Below are positions 12,734-23,326 of a DNA stretch of 64,000 nt, piece by piece. A program made the translations under genes and the position numbers. The stretch spans positions 35,712,001 through 35,776,000 of the forward strand of contig OX597820.1 of NCBI GenBank assembly GCA_951406725.2, given 5' to 3'. Each line of letters begins with the position of its first letter. The first letter of the stretch is position 1. The notes beneath the pieces were generated by a model that ran no database searches, had not been told where the DNA came from, and saw only the letters and a list, made by a program, of their open reading frames with translations. Origin of the DNA: Octopus vulgaris (Eukaryota).

Positions 12734-13349
12734 TATGCACTCACGTGGTCTCACTTTCATCCTATATTCTACCAATACCACTATCAACACTTACCTCTAC
12801 CTTGGATTTTCTTTACCTCTTGGATACTTACCATTGGCTGCACCTCTCTTTCGCGGATCAAAGTGACTTTGCATTGATGTGAAATCCTTAAAAAATATAC
12901 CACGACGTCTACACATTTCTCACCTTGAACTTTCAACCTTGAACTTGTTCGCATAAACTGTCCCGTTTGTTGTATTTTTATTTCTTCTTATATTACCACT
13001 TTTTTTACATTCATTTCATGCTTCCCACATTTTCCTGAATTTTTGTTCTCCTTTCCGTCTTTCTTCCCTCTCTGGATGTCCATACTCCGTTTCCTCTGCC
13101 TGCACCTCCCTTTTTTTGCCTCCCCCTCTCTCTGCTTCCCTTCTTTCTTTCCCTTTTCCGTTTGCCCCGTCTTTTCTGCCCCTATCGCTTACTTATCTAG
13201 TTTTTTCATACGATTATTATTTTTTTGTTTTTTTGAACGTTTGTTTTTTCCCCTTTTTTCGCTATCCTTTTTTTCTATTTTTTTCATACGATAATTTTTG
13301 TTTTTTGTTTTTTTTGTTTTTTCGAACGTTTTTTTTCCGCTATCCCATC

Positions 13350-16300
13350 ATGCCGGATCCTAGGTCCTACCTCCTCACCCTCCATCACCGTTTGAAGGAT
13401 CATCTACGTTCGCTTCCTGTATATTGCCTTCAGCCGTCCGTTAATCGCTCTCTACTTCTTTTTAAAAAAACCCGCTTCTCTAGCCATGTCTCTTTCCTAA
13501 GCCGCTGCCTACATCACCGACTCATCCCTAAAGGTTTCCGCCTCCACTTCCACCCTGCTCTCCACTCGGATTCTTCCATCTTACCCATACTCCGCACCAC
13601 ATCTTACCGCCTTATGCGGGCCACCATTCGCTCCAATCTCTCCAAACTACATGCCATCAACCGCCTTCTTCCTCCTGCTTTCTCCACCTTCTTCTCCTCT
13701 CTGCCGCCTCTATATGCTCCAAACACGCTACGCTTCATTATCCATTTGCATCAACTCTTCCATCAATTTCTTTCTGATACCAAACTTCGTAAACTCCAAT
13801 CACTCTTCCATTCCACCCTACCCGACGCCACTACCCCAACTCCTCCACCACCCTTCTCCCCTCCCGATAGGCTCCATCCACCCACACCTAACCCCACTGC
13901 CCCTCCCTACAACCCCTTCTCCCCTCCCGTTAGGCTCCATCCACCTACACCTAACCCTACTGCCCCGCCCAACCACCCCCCACACACCTCTCCAATCCCT
14001 CCCCCTCAGACCTCCACGAGACCTACCACCCCTCCTACTTCTATTCCATCCACCCCTTCTCCACTTCCGTCTGTTGTTACCATTCCCCCCGATCTTCCCC
14101 TCTCTGCGGCTGAACGCTCCGTCCTTGGTAGGGGTCTGCGTTTCATCCCCCTCACTCCATCCTGTAAGGAATTCCAGACGCGAGTTGATGTCCACAGCTT
14201 TGTGCGCCGTGTCCGGTTGGGTGCGCATTACCACGACTCGCCACCCACACCCAACGAAGAGGACGACTGCTTCACTGGCCTGGGTCGCCGACCATCCCCG
14301 TGGACGCCTGCCCCTGGCCAGATCCTAGCAGTGGATCTTTTCGCGGGCGCTTGTCAGCGTGCATTGGAGCGGTTCAACTTCTCCAGGCGCCAACGCCGCC
14401 TCAACATCTCCCCGGCTGAGCTCTTGGCTCTTCGTTCCCTCCAACGGCGCGCTGACATTATCATCAAACCGGCTGACAAGGGTGGAGCTGTAGTGGTGTG
14501 GCGCGCGGACCTCTATAGGGCCGAGGCTTTCCGCCAACTCAATGACACCTCCTTCTATTCCCCTCTGCCCTCTAACCCCACACGTAGCTACCAACAGACG
14601 GTATCCTCTACTGTCCAAGACCTCATCTCGTCCTCCCGTCTCCCCCGCACCGCATCCAACCTAATTGTGCGAACCCCACGTACCCCCACCATTTACTTCC
14701 TCCCCAAAATCCACAAACCCAAAAACCCTGGCCGCCCCATCGTCTCCGCCTGTAACTGCCCCACGGAGCTCATCTCTAAATACCTCGACCGTGTCCTTGC
14801 CCCCCTAGTGGCATCTCTTCCCTCCCACATCCACGATACCAACCATGCTCTCCGGCTTTTCAACTCTTTCTCCTTTCCTCCCGGCTCCTCCAAAATCCTT
14901 TTTACTATGGACATCCAAAGCCTCTATACTGTTATCCCTCACCACGAAGGACTGCAGGCCCTTCGACACTTTCTTGACCTCCGCTCTAACCCTGTACCTG
15001 ACACCTCCACACTCATTCGTCTGGCCGAACTTGTCCTTACTCTGAACTGCTTCTCGTTCGCGGGCGAGTTCTACCATCAGGTCTCGGGAGTGGCCATGGG
15101 AACGCGAATGGGCCCCAACTATGCGAACCTGTTCGTTGGCTATGTTGAGGCTCAAATATTCTCTAATTTCACTGGTCCCACTCCTGAACTATATGGTCGT
15201 TATATTGACGACATTATCGGTGCCACCTCACTCTCCCGCGAACATCTAGATTCCTTCCTCTCTTTCGTCCAATCTTTCCATCCAGCCCTCCACTTCACTT
15301 CCACTATCTCCAACACCTCTGTCTCCTTCCTCGACATTTCGGTTAGCATTCTTCACTCCACTCTTACCACCTCCATTCACTACAAACACACAGACTCACA
15401 CTCATACCTCAACTTCTCTTCCTCCCACCCAGAACACACCAAGCTTTCCATCCCCTATTCCCAATTCCTCCGTCTACGTAGGCTCTGTAGTGACGACCAT
15501 GACTTTGAGACTCAGTCTCAACGTATGGCTCACCACTTCACCCTACGTGGATACCCCGTCACCACTATCCACACCGCCCTTGCCAGAGCACGGTCCGTGG
15601 ACCGTGTATCTGCTCTCTCTCCCCGAACCCGCCCTGTAGTCTCCCGCCTCCCTTTTCCCCTCACTTACCACCCCACGACCCTACGTCTCCAACGCACCAT
15701 TCTTCGAGCTTTCCGTCATCTCCAGTCCGACCCGTCCACTTCACACCTCTTCCCTAACCGACCCCTCCCCTCTTTCAAACGAGCCCACAACCTTCGAGAC
15801 CTTTTGGTCAATAGCTCCTTCCCTGACCCTACCTCCCAACCCGGCTCGTTCCCCTGCTCCCGCCCACGTTGCCGCACTTGCCCTTACCTCTCCAACACCA
15901 CCCGCCTCACTAGCACCCACCATCGACCCTATCCCATCATCCACTCCTTCACCTGCACCTCCAGCAATATTATCTATTGCATCTCTTGCTCTCTCTGCAA
16001 TTCCTTGTACATCGGACAAACGGGACGCCGCTTGGCTGACCGGTTCGCGGAACACCTTCGTGACATCCACCTTGCGAACGACACACCGGTCTCACGCCAT
16101 TTCCGCTCCACCGGTCACTCCTTGCAACACCTATCTGTGTTCGGTTTGTCCTTACACAGAGGCCATCCGGATTCCCGTTTGCGCCGTGAACAGGAATTAA
16201 TCTTCTCTCTTCGCTCTTATACGCCATTTGGTCTCAACTCTCCCCCCTCCTCATCTAACCCCCCTCTCCCCCTTCCTCACCTATCCTTTCTCCCCACGAC

Positions 16301-16565
16301 CCCTACTTCTTCAGTCCTTCATCCTTTCACCCCTACTCCCCTTCCCTTCTTCCCTCTTTCTCCCTCCCTCTTCCCCTTCCCTCTGCTCCCTCACTCCCTC
16401 TCTCCCCTTCTCTCTCTTTCCTCCTTCATCCCCCTCATCCCCTTCCTTCTCCCCATCCTCTCCTCTCCCCCCTTCTCCTCCCCCCTTCTCCTCCCCTCTT
16501 CTTCCCCTCCCCTTCTCTCCCCCCTCTTCTCCCCCTCCCCCTCTTCTCCTCACTACACCACATGA
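13350..16565 (+). CDS. PLE polyprotein (1071 aa): reverse transcriptase, CxxxxCxxC linker and GIY-YIG endonuclease (Neptune clade)
   Basis: First ATG in the open frame is at 13350 (MPDPRSY). Motifs KPADKGGAVVVW, PKIHK..PGRPIVS, TMDIQSLYT, GVAMGTRMGPNYANL, RYIDD, FLD, CSRPRCRTC and IIYCISCSLCNSLYIGQTGRRLADRFAEH. No stops or frameshifts. Confidence 0.95.
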   Translation: MPDPRSYLLTLHHRLKDHLRSLPVYCLQPSVNRSLLLFKKTRFSSHVSFLSRCLHHRLIPKGFRLHFHPALHSDSSILPILRTTSYRLMRATIRSNLSKLHAINRLLPPAFSTFFSSLPPLYAPNTLRFIIHLHQLFHQFLSDTKLRKLQSLFHSTLPDATTPTPPPPFSPPDRLHPPTPNPTAPPYNPFSPPVRLHPPTPNPTAPPNHPPHTSPIPPPQTSTRPTTPPTSIPSTPSPLPSVVTIPPDLPLSAAERSVLGRGLRFIPLTPSCKEFQTRVDVHSFVRRVRLGAHYHDSPPTPNEEDDCFTGLGRRPSPWTPAPGQILAVDLFAGACQRALERFNFSRRQRRLNISPAELLALRSLQRRADIIIKPADKGGAVVVWRADLYRAEAFRQLNDTSFYSPLPSNPTRSYQQTVSSTVQDLISSSRLPRTASNLIVRTPRTPTIYFLPKIHKPKNPGRPIVSACNCPTELISKYLDRVLAPLVASLPSHIHDTNHALRLFNSFSFPPGSSKILFTMDIQSLYTVIPHHEGLQALRHFLDLRSNPVPDTSTLIRLAELVLTLNCFSFAGEFYHQVSGVAMGTRMGPNYANLFVGYVEAQIFSNFTGPTPELYGRYIDDIIGATSLSREHLDSFLSFVQSFHPALHFTSTISNTSVSFLDISVSILHSTLTTSIHYKHTDSHSYLNFSSSHPEHTKLSIPYSQFLRLRRLCSDDHDFETQSQRMAHHFTLRGYPVTTIHTALARARSVDRVSALSPRTRPVVSRLPFPLTYHPTTLRLQRTILRAFRHLQSDPSTSHLFPNRPLPSFKRAHNLRDLLVNSSFPDPTSQPGSFPCSRPRCRTCPYLSNTTRLTSTHHRPYPIIHSFTCTSSNIIYCISCSLCNSLYIGQTGRRLADRFAEHLRDIHLANDTPVSRHFRSTGHSLQHLSVFGLSLHRGHPDSRLRREQELIFSLRSYTPFGLNSPPSSSNPPLPLPHLSFLPTTPTSSVLHPFTPTPLPFFPLSPSLFPFPLLPHSLSPLLSLSSFIPLIPFLLPILSSPPFSSPLLLPSSSPPLLSPLFSPSPSSPHYTT

Positions 16566-17232
16566 CTTTACACATCACATCACATATGATGTGCCATACT
16601 AATACACACACCAACTAATACATACTAATACGTACTAATACATACTAGTACATACTAATACTTACACCAACCCTATACATACACACGTCCAGACCCCGCA
16701 TACGCACTTATACTCTCTCTCACACACACACACACCTATACATACCAATACGTACTAATACATACTAATACATACTAATACATACACCAACCCCATACAT
16801 ACGCACGTCCAGACCAATCTTACGCACTAATACTCTCTCATACACACACACACACACACACCCATATACATACTAATACATACACCAACCCTATACATAC
16901 ACACATCCAGACCCCTCCCACGCACTTTTAGCTGGTCCCCCAACCCATTTATCAACCCTATTATCTCCCCTTATTTCGCTCTCGCGTCTCATGTTTGATC
17001 TTTGACCTCTGGCCGAAATCAGATCGCCATGTTGATTCGTTAGCTACTGCACGCATTTTTTTCTCTCCTTCTTTCTGTGTTTTTCTCTCTCTGTGTATCT
17101 TTCTGTTGAAGAGCGTAGGCTCGAAACGTTAAAGACTTGTTTTATTTATATTTCCTGAGCGCCATACTAATACAATTGTTCGTTTGTTTTCCACCTGCCT
17201 TCGTCTTTTGTTTATTTTCATAAAGCTTCCCG

Positions 17233-17240
<8 letters not shown>
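16369..17240 (+). repeat. 3' pseudo-LTR (overlaps the ORF C-terminus)
   Basis: Direct repeat of 11875-12733; ends ..aagcttcccgtt followed by (AT)n. Confidence 0.92.
17098..17135 (+). ncRNA. Hammerhead ribozyme motif in the 3' pLTR (A6U core variant)
   Basis: Identical to 12591-12628; predicted cut after 17130. Confidence 0.65.
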
Positions 17241-17284
<44 letters not shown>

Positions 17285-17605
17285 CGAATAAGTTGTCATT
17301 ATCTATAAAAATAATGATAAAGTGACCGGCAAACATAATCCAAAGAAGCAAATTATACAATAAAAAGCCAGGGTATAATATGAACCTGTTTGCTTGAAAA
17401 AGGACTTAAAACCCTCCAAAATCGTGCATCTCTCATTATATGTAAACAAGCGCGGAGAATACAGCAAATATATTTCTCCTGAACAGTCCTTCCACTTAAT
17501 AATGATATCACTTGTAAAATAAGTTTAGTAAAATAACTCCTATTTCAAGCAAAATATGTACTATTTCATTGAACAAATATGTTCCATGACTTTTTTATTA
17601 TTACT

Positions 17606-17644
<39 letters not shown>

Positions 17645-17848
17645 CGCACAAATGAATGTATATATGAATGCTTGAATGTGCGTATGAGTGTGTTTCTGTA
17701 TTTGAGTACAGAAATATAGTGGAGTGTACGGCCGAGGTGTAAAGGACTATTTCTCAATTCCCGTATTTCCCGGTGTTGAAGATACTTCGTCCTCCAGGAC
17801 GCACCCTAATTTTGATAACCAAAAATTTGAAAAAATATAATAAAAATA

Positions 17849-18100
17849 GTGGAGGCGCGTGGCTTAGTGGTTAGGGTGTCAGCATCATGATCGTAAGATT
17901 ATGGTTTCGATTCCTGGACCGGGTGACGCGTTGTGTTCTTGAGCAAAACACTTCATTTCACGTTGCTCCAGTCCACTCAGCTGGCAAAAATGAGTAACGC
18001 TGCGATGGACTGGCGTCTCGTCCAGCTGGGGAACACATACGCCATTGAAACCGGGAATCCAGGCCCATGAGCCTGGCTAGGCTTTAAAAGGGCGCATTTA
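17849..18100 (+). mobile_element. tRNA-derived SINE family C
   Basis: gtggaggcgcgtggcttagtggttagg (A box), ggtttcgattcc (B box), ttgagcaaaacactt core; homologous to 21008-21260. Confidence 0.85.
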
Positions 18101-18652
18101 TATATTTTTTTTATAATAAACATAAAAATAAGGTCCCTACACTTCGGGGCTTGTTACCTTTACAGATGTAATGGAAAAAGAACATCACTGTAACTTCTAG
18201 CACGCCACTTAAAATATTCCTAGCATTTATTTTGGCTGTTCGTCTAATACATATTTGCGCTATTCCTTACGTTGGTTAACCGTAACCGCCACCCGTTGTG
18301 ACCCCACACTCGTGTCTGCAAAACAAAGAAAAGGCAACACTCACCTACCTTACCAATTTGTTTTGTGGGACCGTCAGTACAGAAACATGGTATGGTAAGT
18401 ATATTCTCAAAGTTTACCCCTACCGTTACGTACTTACTGTAATACTGAAAGTAAAGTACGACAGGGATGGATTCAGGAGGGAGTATAAGGGGGTGCACCC
18501 CTCACTCCACCAACCAAGAAATTTTTCAGATTTGACTGTTTTGTTTAAATATGTATGATGGAAAGCATATTCTTGTACCCAGCAAAATACAACCCTTCAA
18601 GGGTTCAGTATAATAAAAGTAAAATAAAGATTACAGTAAAAAGTACACAATA

Positions 18653-18869
18653 CTCTTTTACTCTTTTACTTGCTTCAGTCATTTGACTGCGTCTATGCTG
18701 GAGCACCGCCTTTAGTCGAGGAAATCGACCCCTGAACTTATTCTTTGTAAGCCTAGTACTTATTCTATCGGTCTTTTTTGTCGAACTGCTAATTTACGGG
18801 GACGTAAACACACTAGCGTCGGTTGTCAAGCGATTTGGGGTGGGGGACAATCACAGACACATAAACACG

Positions 18870-18901
<32 letters not shown>

Positions 18902-19068
18902 AATATATATATATACGACGCGCTTCTTTCAATTTCCGTCTACCAAATCCGCTCACAAGGCTTTGGTCGGCCCGAGGCTATAGTAGAAGACACTTGCCCA
19001 AGTGGGAATGAACCAGGAACCATGTGGTTGGTAAGCAAGCTACTTACCACACAGCCACTCCTGCGCCT
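18653..19068 (-). mobile_element. SINE family A, full length
   Basis: Head, internal microsatellite and tail as in the other family A copies. Confidence 0.88.
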
Positions 19069-20138
19069 AAAAACATTTCAATCATAAAATACTGAAAATA
19101 TTTTGCTTGTTGCTACCATTTATAGAAGTACCATAACATCCCAAATAGAACAAAATAAAAACAGAACAGAGATTAATATCTGCACTGTTGAAATATTACA
19201 AATAAGTAAAACATAATTTAATCTTCAAATTCTGAAAATATTTCACGTTATTACCATTTGTAAAAATTTCAAACGGACATGACAAAACAAACATCACAAT
19301 TTAGTTACAATGGGAAAAGATTAAAAAGTGAACAAATATTAAACGTACAAATATAAGGAAAGTATTTTACTCTTCAAATCCTGAAAACTGACTGCAGTCA
19401 TCCATTTCCCCAAAACCTGAAGAATCAACCGGGTCACCAAAACTGTCCGAAGTGTCACTATCTTCAAACAGAATGTCATCTTCTGTGCCATCTAATGCAT
19501 TACTGACGCCACATTTTTAAAAAGATTCCACTACTACTTCAGTTTTCACACTGTTCCATGATTTCAGGATCCATTCGCAAACCTGAGCAATAGATGGCCT
19601 TTTCAAACGAGCTATTGATATTAGGTCATTGTCCTTGGCTCTCATCCACTGATTCCGCTCTTCTTTCATAAATGCCTTTAAAGGCTTGTTGATTGATAGA
19701 TCCAGTGGCTGTAATTGGCTTGGGATCACTGCCATTTTCGTTTTCAATTTCAGTACCCTATCTTTGACAGCCTTTGTTTTGTGGGCACGAAGCTAGTCCC
19801 ACACAAGAAGGAATATTTTTTTAAAGGAGACTACCAGAACGCCTTGACCAGACCTTATCTGGAATTATTTCATTCCCTCTTCATCCATCCACCCCTTTGG
19901 GTGGACGTGAACAAAAATTTTACGTGGAATTTTGTCTTTTGGTAAAGTTTCCCCCTTGAAAATAAGCAGCGGTGGCAGTTTTGTTCCATCAGTACAACAC
20001 AATAGTATCGCAGTGTAATGGGTTTTCTCATGTCCATATGTCTTTACACTTACAGTTTTGGACCCTTTAACATCCACTGTTCTATTTGATACCACATCCA
20101 TTTTCCCGATCTGGCCCGGTACGTAGTCAGTCTCTCTC

Positions 20139-20169
<31 letters not shown>

Positions 20170-20998
20170 TTTTTCGCTCTGAAGCCTGCGAAATTGGATT
20201 ATTTTGTCATCATAATCTTCAGACATTTTTTGTGGTATTCTTGTTTTCATTCTCATTGCCAGTCCATGCCTCTTCATAAATCTATAACACCAGCTTGATG
20301 TACCACGAAAATCATCCAGACCTCTTGCTGCTGCTGTCACTTTTGATTCATAAATAATCATTTTTATTGATACTGCAAGACCCGAATTCTTCTCCAAAAC
20401 TATCCACTCCTTTTCTTGCTCCAGTTCTAGCCACTTAGCTGCAGTTTGATGCAGGTTACGTTTAAGTATTGATGCAGGCTTCAACAGGTCCATTTGTTTT
20501 TGTTGTTTTTTGTTTTTTTTACAGTAGTGTATCATTTTTTCAGTTGGCGGTGCTACAAAATGCCTCTCTGCAACCGTGATGTCATGCTGTTTGGTATATT
20601 CAATCACTTGTAGCTTGTAGCCGATTGTATAAGAGTATCTTGAGGTTGCCACAATAACAACGGTTGTGCTAAAGATTTTAAGTAAAATATTCTGAAGTTG
20701 CGGATCACTCCCAACGTCAGCAGGTCCAGGTTTGAACTGGTTAAGACCATGGTTTTCAGAGATCAAGGTGGAAGCTTATATTGCTGTCTGAACACAACAC
20801 GTTTCCTTACAGAAAGTAAGTGGCAACTGAACGCAACACAGAAAGTAAATTTGCTCGTAAACCCTTTTTAATGTTCCTCAGTTCTACATCTTTCGTCACT
20901 TAAATATATTCCCTTAAAGTTAGGTTGCTTGATGAGTGGGACAATACCTGCAATACACACATGTAAAATATCACTCCTCAGTTGCCTCGTCTAACATA

Positions 20999-21261
20999 AA
21001 TAATAATAAATGCGCCCTTTTTAAAGCCTAGCAAGTCTCATGGGCCCAGTTTCCCGGTTTCTATGGCGTATGTGTTCCCCAGCTGGACGGGACGCCAGTT
21101 CATCGCAGCGTTAATCATTTTTGCCAGCTGAGTGGACTGGAGCAACGTGAAATGAAGTGTCTTGCTCAAGAACACAACGCGTCGCCCGGTCCAGGATTCG
21201 AAACCACAATCTTACGATCATGGTGCTGACGCCCTAACCACTAAACCACGCGCCTCCACTT
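20999..21261 (-). mobile_element. SINE family C with a 13-bp TSD
   Basis: TSD ctcgtctaacata at 20986-20998 and 21262-21274. Confidence 0.9.
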
Positions 21262-21814
21262 CTCGTCTAACATACTCTGCCCATATTTTTATGATGCTTT
21301 TGTTTATTAACGACTTTAACAAAGTATAATTTACACACTTCACTGAGCGGTCATACAGAGGCGTTCAGATTACTGGCTAGCATAGATAATTTTCCTCTGG
21401 GCTTAGGATATGCCTATCAAAAATGTAACTTTCGGGCTTCAGGACGCATGGTAGATTTTCGAGGGTTAGTTTAAGGAAAAAAAGTAGCGTCTTCGACGCC
21501 GGGAAATACGGTATGTTGTTCCAGTTTCGATGTCACTGGGTAAAGTTTTTGGTTGACGCAATCAGCGTGAGTTAAGCAGGGGAATAAAACCGAGACGGAA
21601 TCTGTTGGTTGGCTCTTATTTTGATTTCAAAGAGCCAAACATATCGCATGACCCTGGTTCTACCTGAGAAATACGTTAAAGTTGCTGATGACTGTGGCAT
21701 TTTCAGCCATACTTATTATTATTAGTATTATATTAGTATTTAGAACCGACGCAGAAATCATGTTTCTGTTTTACTGTTGTTGTTATTTTTATGCACCTTT
21801 GACGGATATATGCA

Positions 21815-22023
21815 GAGAAGAAGAAGAAGAAGAAGAAGAAGAAGAAGAAGAAGAAGAAGAAGAAGAAGAAGAAGAAGAAGAAGAAGAAGAAGAAGGAGGA
21901 GGAGGAGGAGAAGGAGGAGGAGAAGAAGAAGAAGAAGAAGAAGAAGAAGAAGAAGAAGAAGAAGAAGATCACCATCATTATGTTAACAGACTAAACATAC
22001 AGATAGAAAGACAGACATACAAG

Positions 22024-22101
<78 letters not shown>
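21815..22101. repeat. (GAA/GGA)n followed by (GATA)n microsatellites
   Basis: Direct reading. Confidence 0.95.
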
Positions 22102-22102
<1 letters not shown>

Positions 22103-23277
22103 TATCTATCTGTCTTTCTATCTCTGTAAACGAACAGTGCAGATAGTGTTCGTTTATGATTGTCAACTCATCACTTGATTTGAATGGACGTGACTGACAT
22201 CATACACAGTTTCATAACATCAACGGAAGCTGTTGTTGTTACTGCTGCCCTACCCCAGCGCTATGGCTCATGCTGCTGCTGCGGTTGTTACAGCAACTGT
22301 TGCTTCTGTTGCTGTTGCTGGTGTTACACATCAGCCTCCTTCTTCTCTTTTATCCGTCAGTAAGCAAACGTCAAGGCCCTACTCATGTACGTAAAATGTT
22401 TTTTACGCGATTTCATCATCCGACCTAAAATAGAAAACAAACGGTTTGTGTATGGAGTGCAGGCATGGTCGGCAGGCGGTATGCTTAACAAGTTCATTTC
22501 GCAGCCACGTGGTTTCGGGTTCAATCCCACAATCTTGCATGTTTTAAATGCCCCTGCCCATCCACCTCTTTAGGCAAATATCGTAAGGGTCTTCCCACGG
22601 CCCTCTACTCCAACAATTGTTCATTGAGAATGAAATATGATAGACAAAAACGGATAGCAGGAAGTTCTGTCGAAGGGGGAGACGGGATCGACGCTGTGTT
22701 TTGATCAGTAGCTGTCACCCTGTTTACAAACATCACGTGGTCGTTGTTCCTCCTAATCTAGATATAGGCAAACTTTTTCGACAATCGGGCCGCATGTGAC
22801 ATAGCGCCCCACTTGGCGGGCCGCACTACTAAAAAGAAAACTGAAGGTAATTTTTCGTTAGAAATTTACGTGATAGGGGTCGATATGTAATTAACGATTC
22901 CACGAATGGGTCAATGGCACCGGCCCATATTTTACACGAAATTTGGGAGTAGCCCATGGATTAAGATCCATAGAGGCCCTGAGCACTTAAAAGCTTACAA
23001 ATACATGTAATTTAAAATATAAACAAGAATAAACCACGATCTTTAATTTTTCGAAATGAAACGAAACAGTAATTTATTTTATTCTTTTATTTGTTTCAGT
23101 CATTTGACTGCGGCCATGCTGGAGCACCGCCTTTAATCGAACAAATCGACCCCAGGACATATTCTTTGTAAGCTTAGTACTTATTGTATCGGTCTCTTTT
23201 GCCGAACCACTAAGTTCGGTTGTCCAGCAATGGTGGGGGTACAAACACATACACACAAACACACATACATACATACA

Positions 23278-23324
<47 letters not shown>

Positions 23325-23326
<2 letters not shown>

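Larger units (their letters stand above)
11875..17240 (+). mobile_element. Full-length Neptune-type Penelope-like retroelement with direct pseudo-LTRs, inserted in (TA)n
   Basis: Intact RT+GIY-YIG ORF flanked by near-identical direct repeats 11875-12733 and 16369-17240; (TA)n on both outer sides. Confidence 0.95.
17761..21511 (-). mobile_element. Decayed pogo-superfamily (Passer/POGK-like) DNA transposon with nested SINEs
   Basis: TIRs ccgtatttcccggtgttgaaga (17761) and tcttcgacgccgggaaatacgg+TA (21490-21513). Frameshifted transposase at ~19400-20650(-): YSYTIGYKLQVIEY, F..SSWCYRFMKRH, KTYGHEKTHYT..C.DGTKLPPLLIFKG, KGWMD, LQPLDLSINKP. Confidence 0.88.

Noticed and set aside
13116-13349. N-terminal 78 aa of the 1149-aa ORF call
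   Set aside because: Starts at TTG in a T-rich leader; for a eukaryotic element the first ATG (13350) is the plausible start.
13651-16227. Overlapping alternative-frame and antisense ORFs within the PLE
   Set aside because: Expected from the strong C/T strand bias; no recognisable domains.
11875-17240. LTR retrotransposon interpretation of the direct repeats
   Set aside because: No TG..CA ends, PBS, gag or integrase; PLE-type RT and GIY-YIG indicate pseudo-LTRs.
21682-22026. Poly-E / poly-R ORFs
   Set aside because: Translation of the (GAA)n microsatellite.
22767-22990. hAT-like MITE termini
   Set aside because: Only single TIR-like ends recognisable; no paired ends or TSD found.
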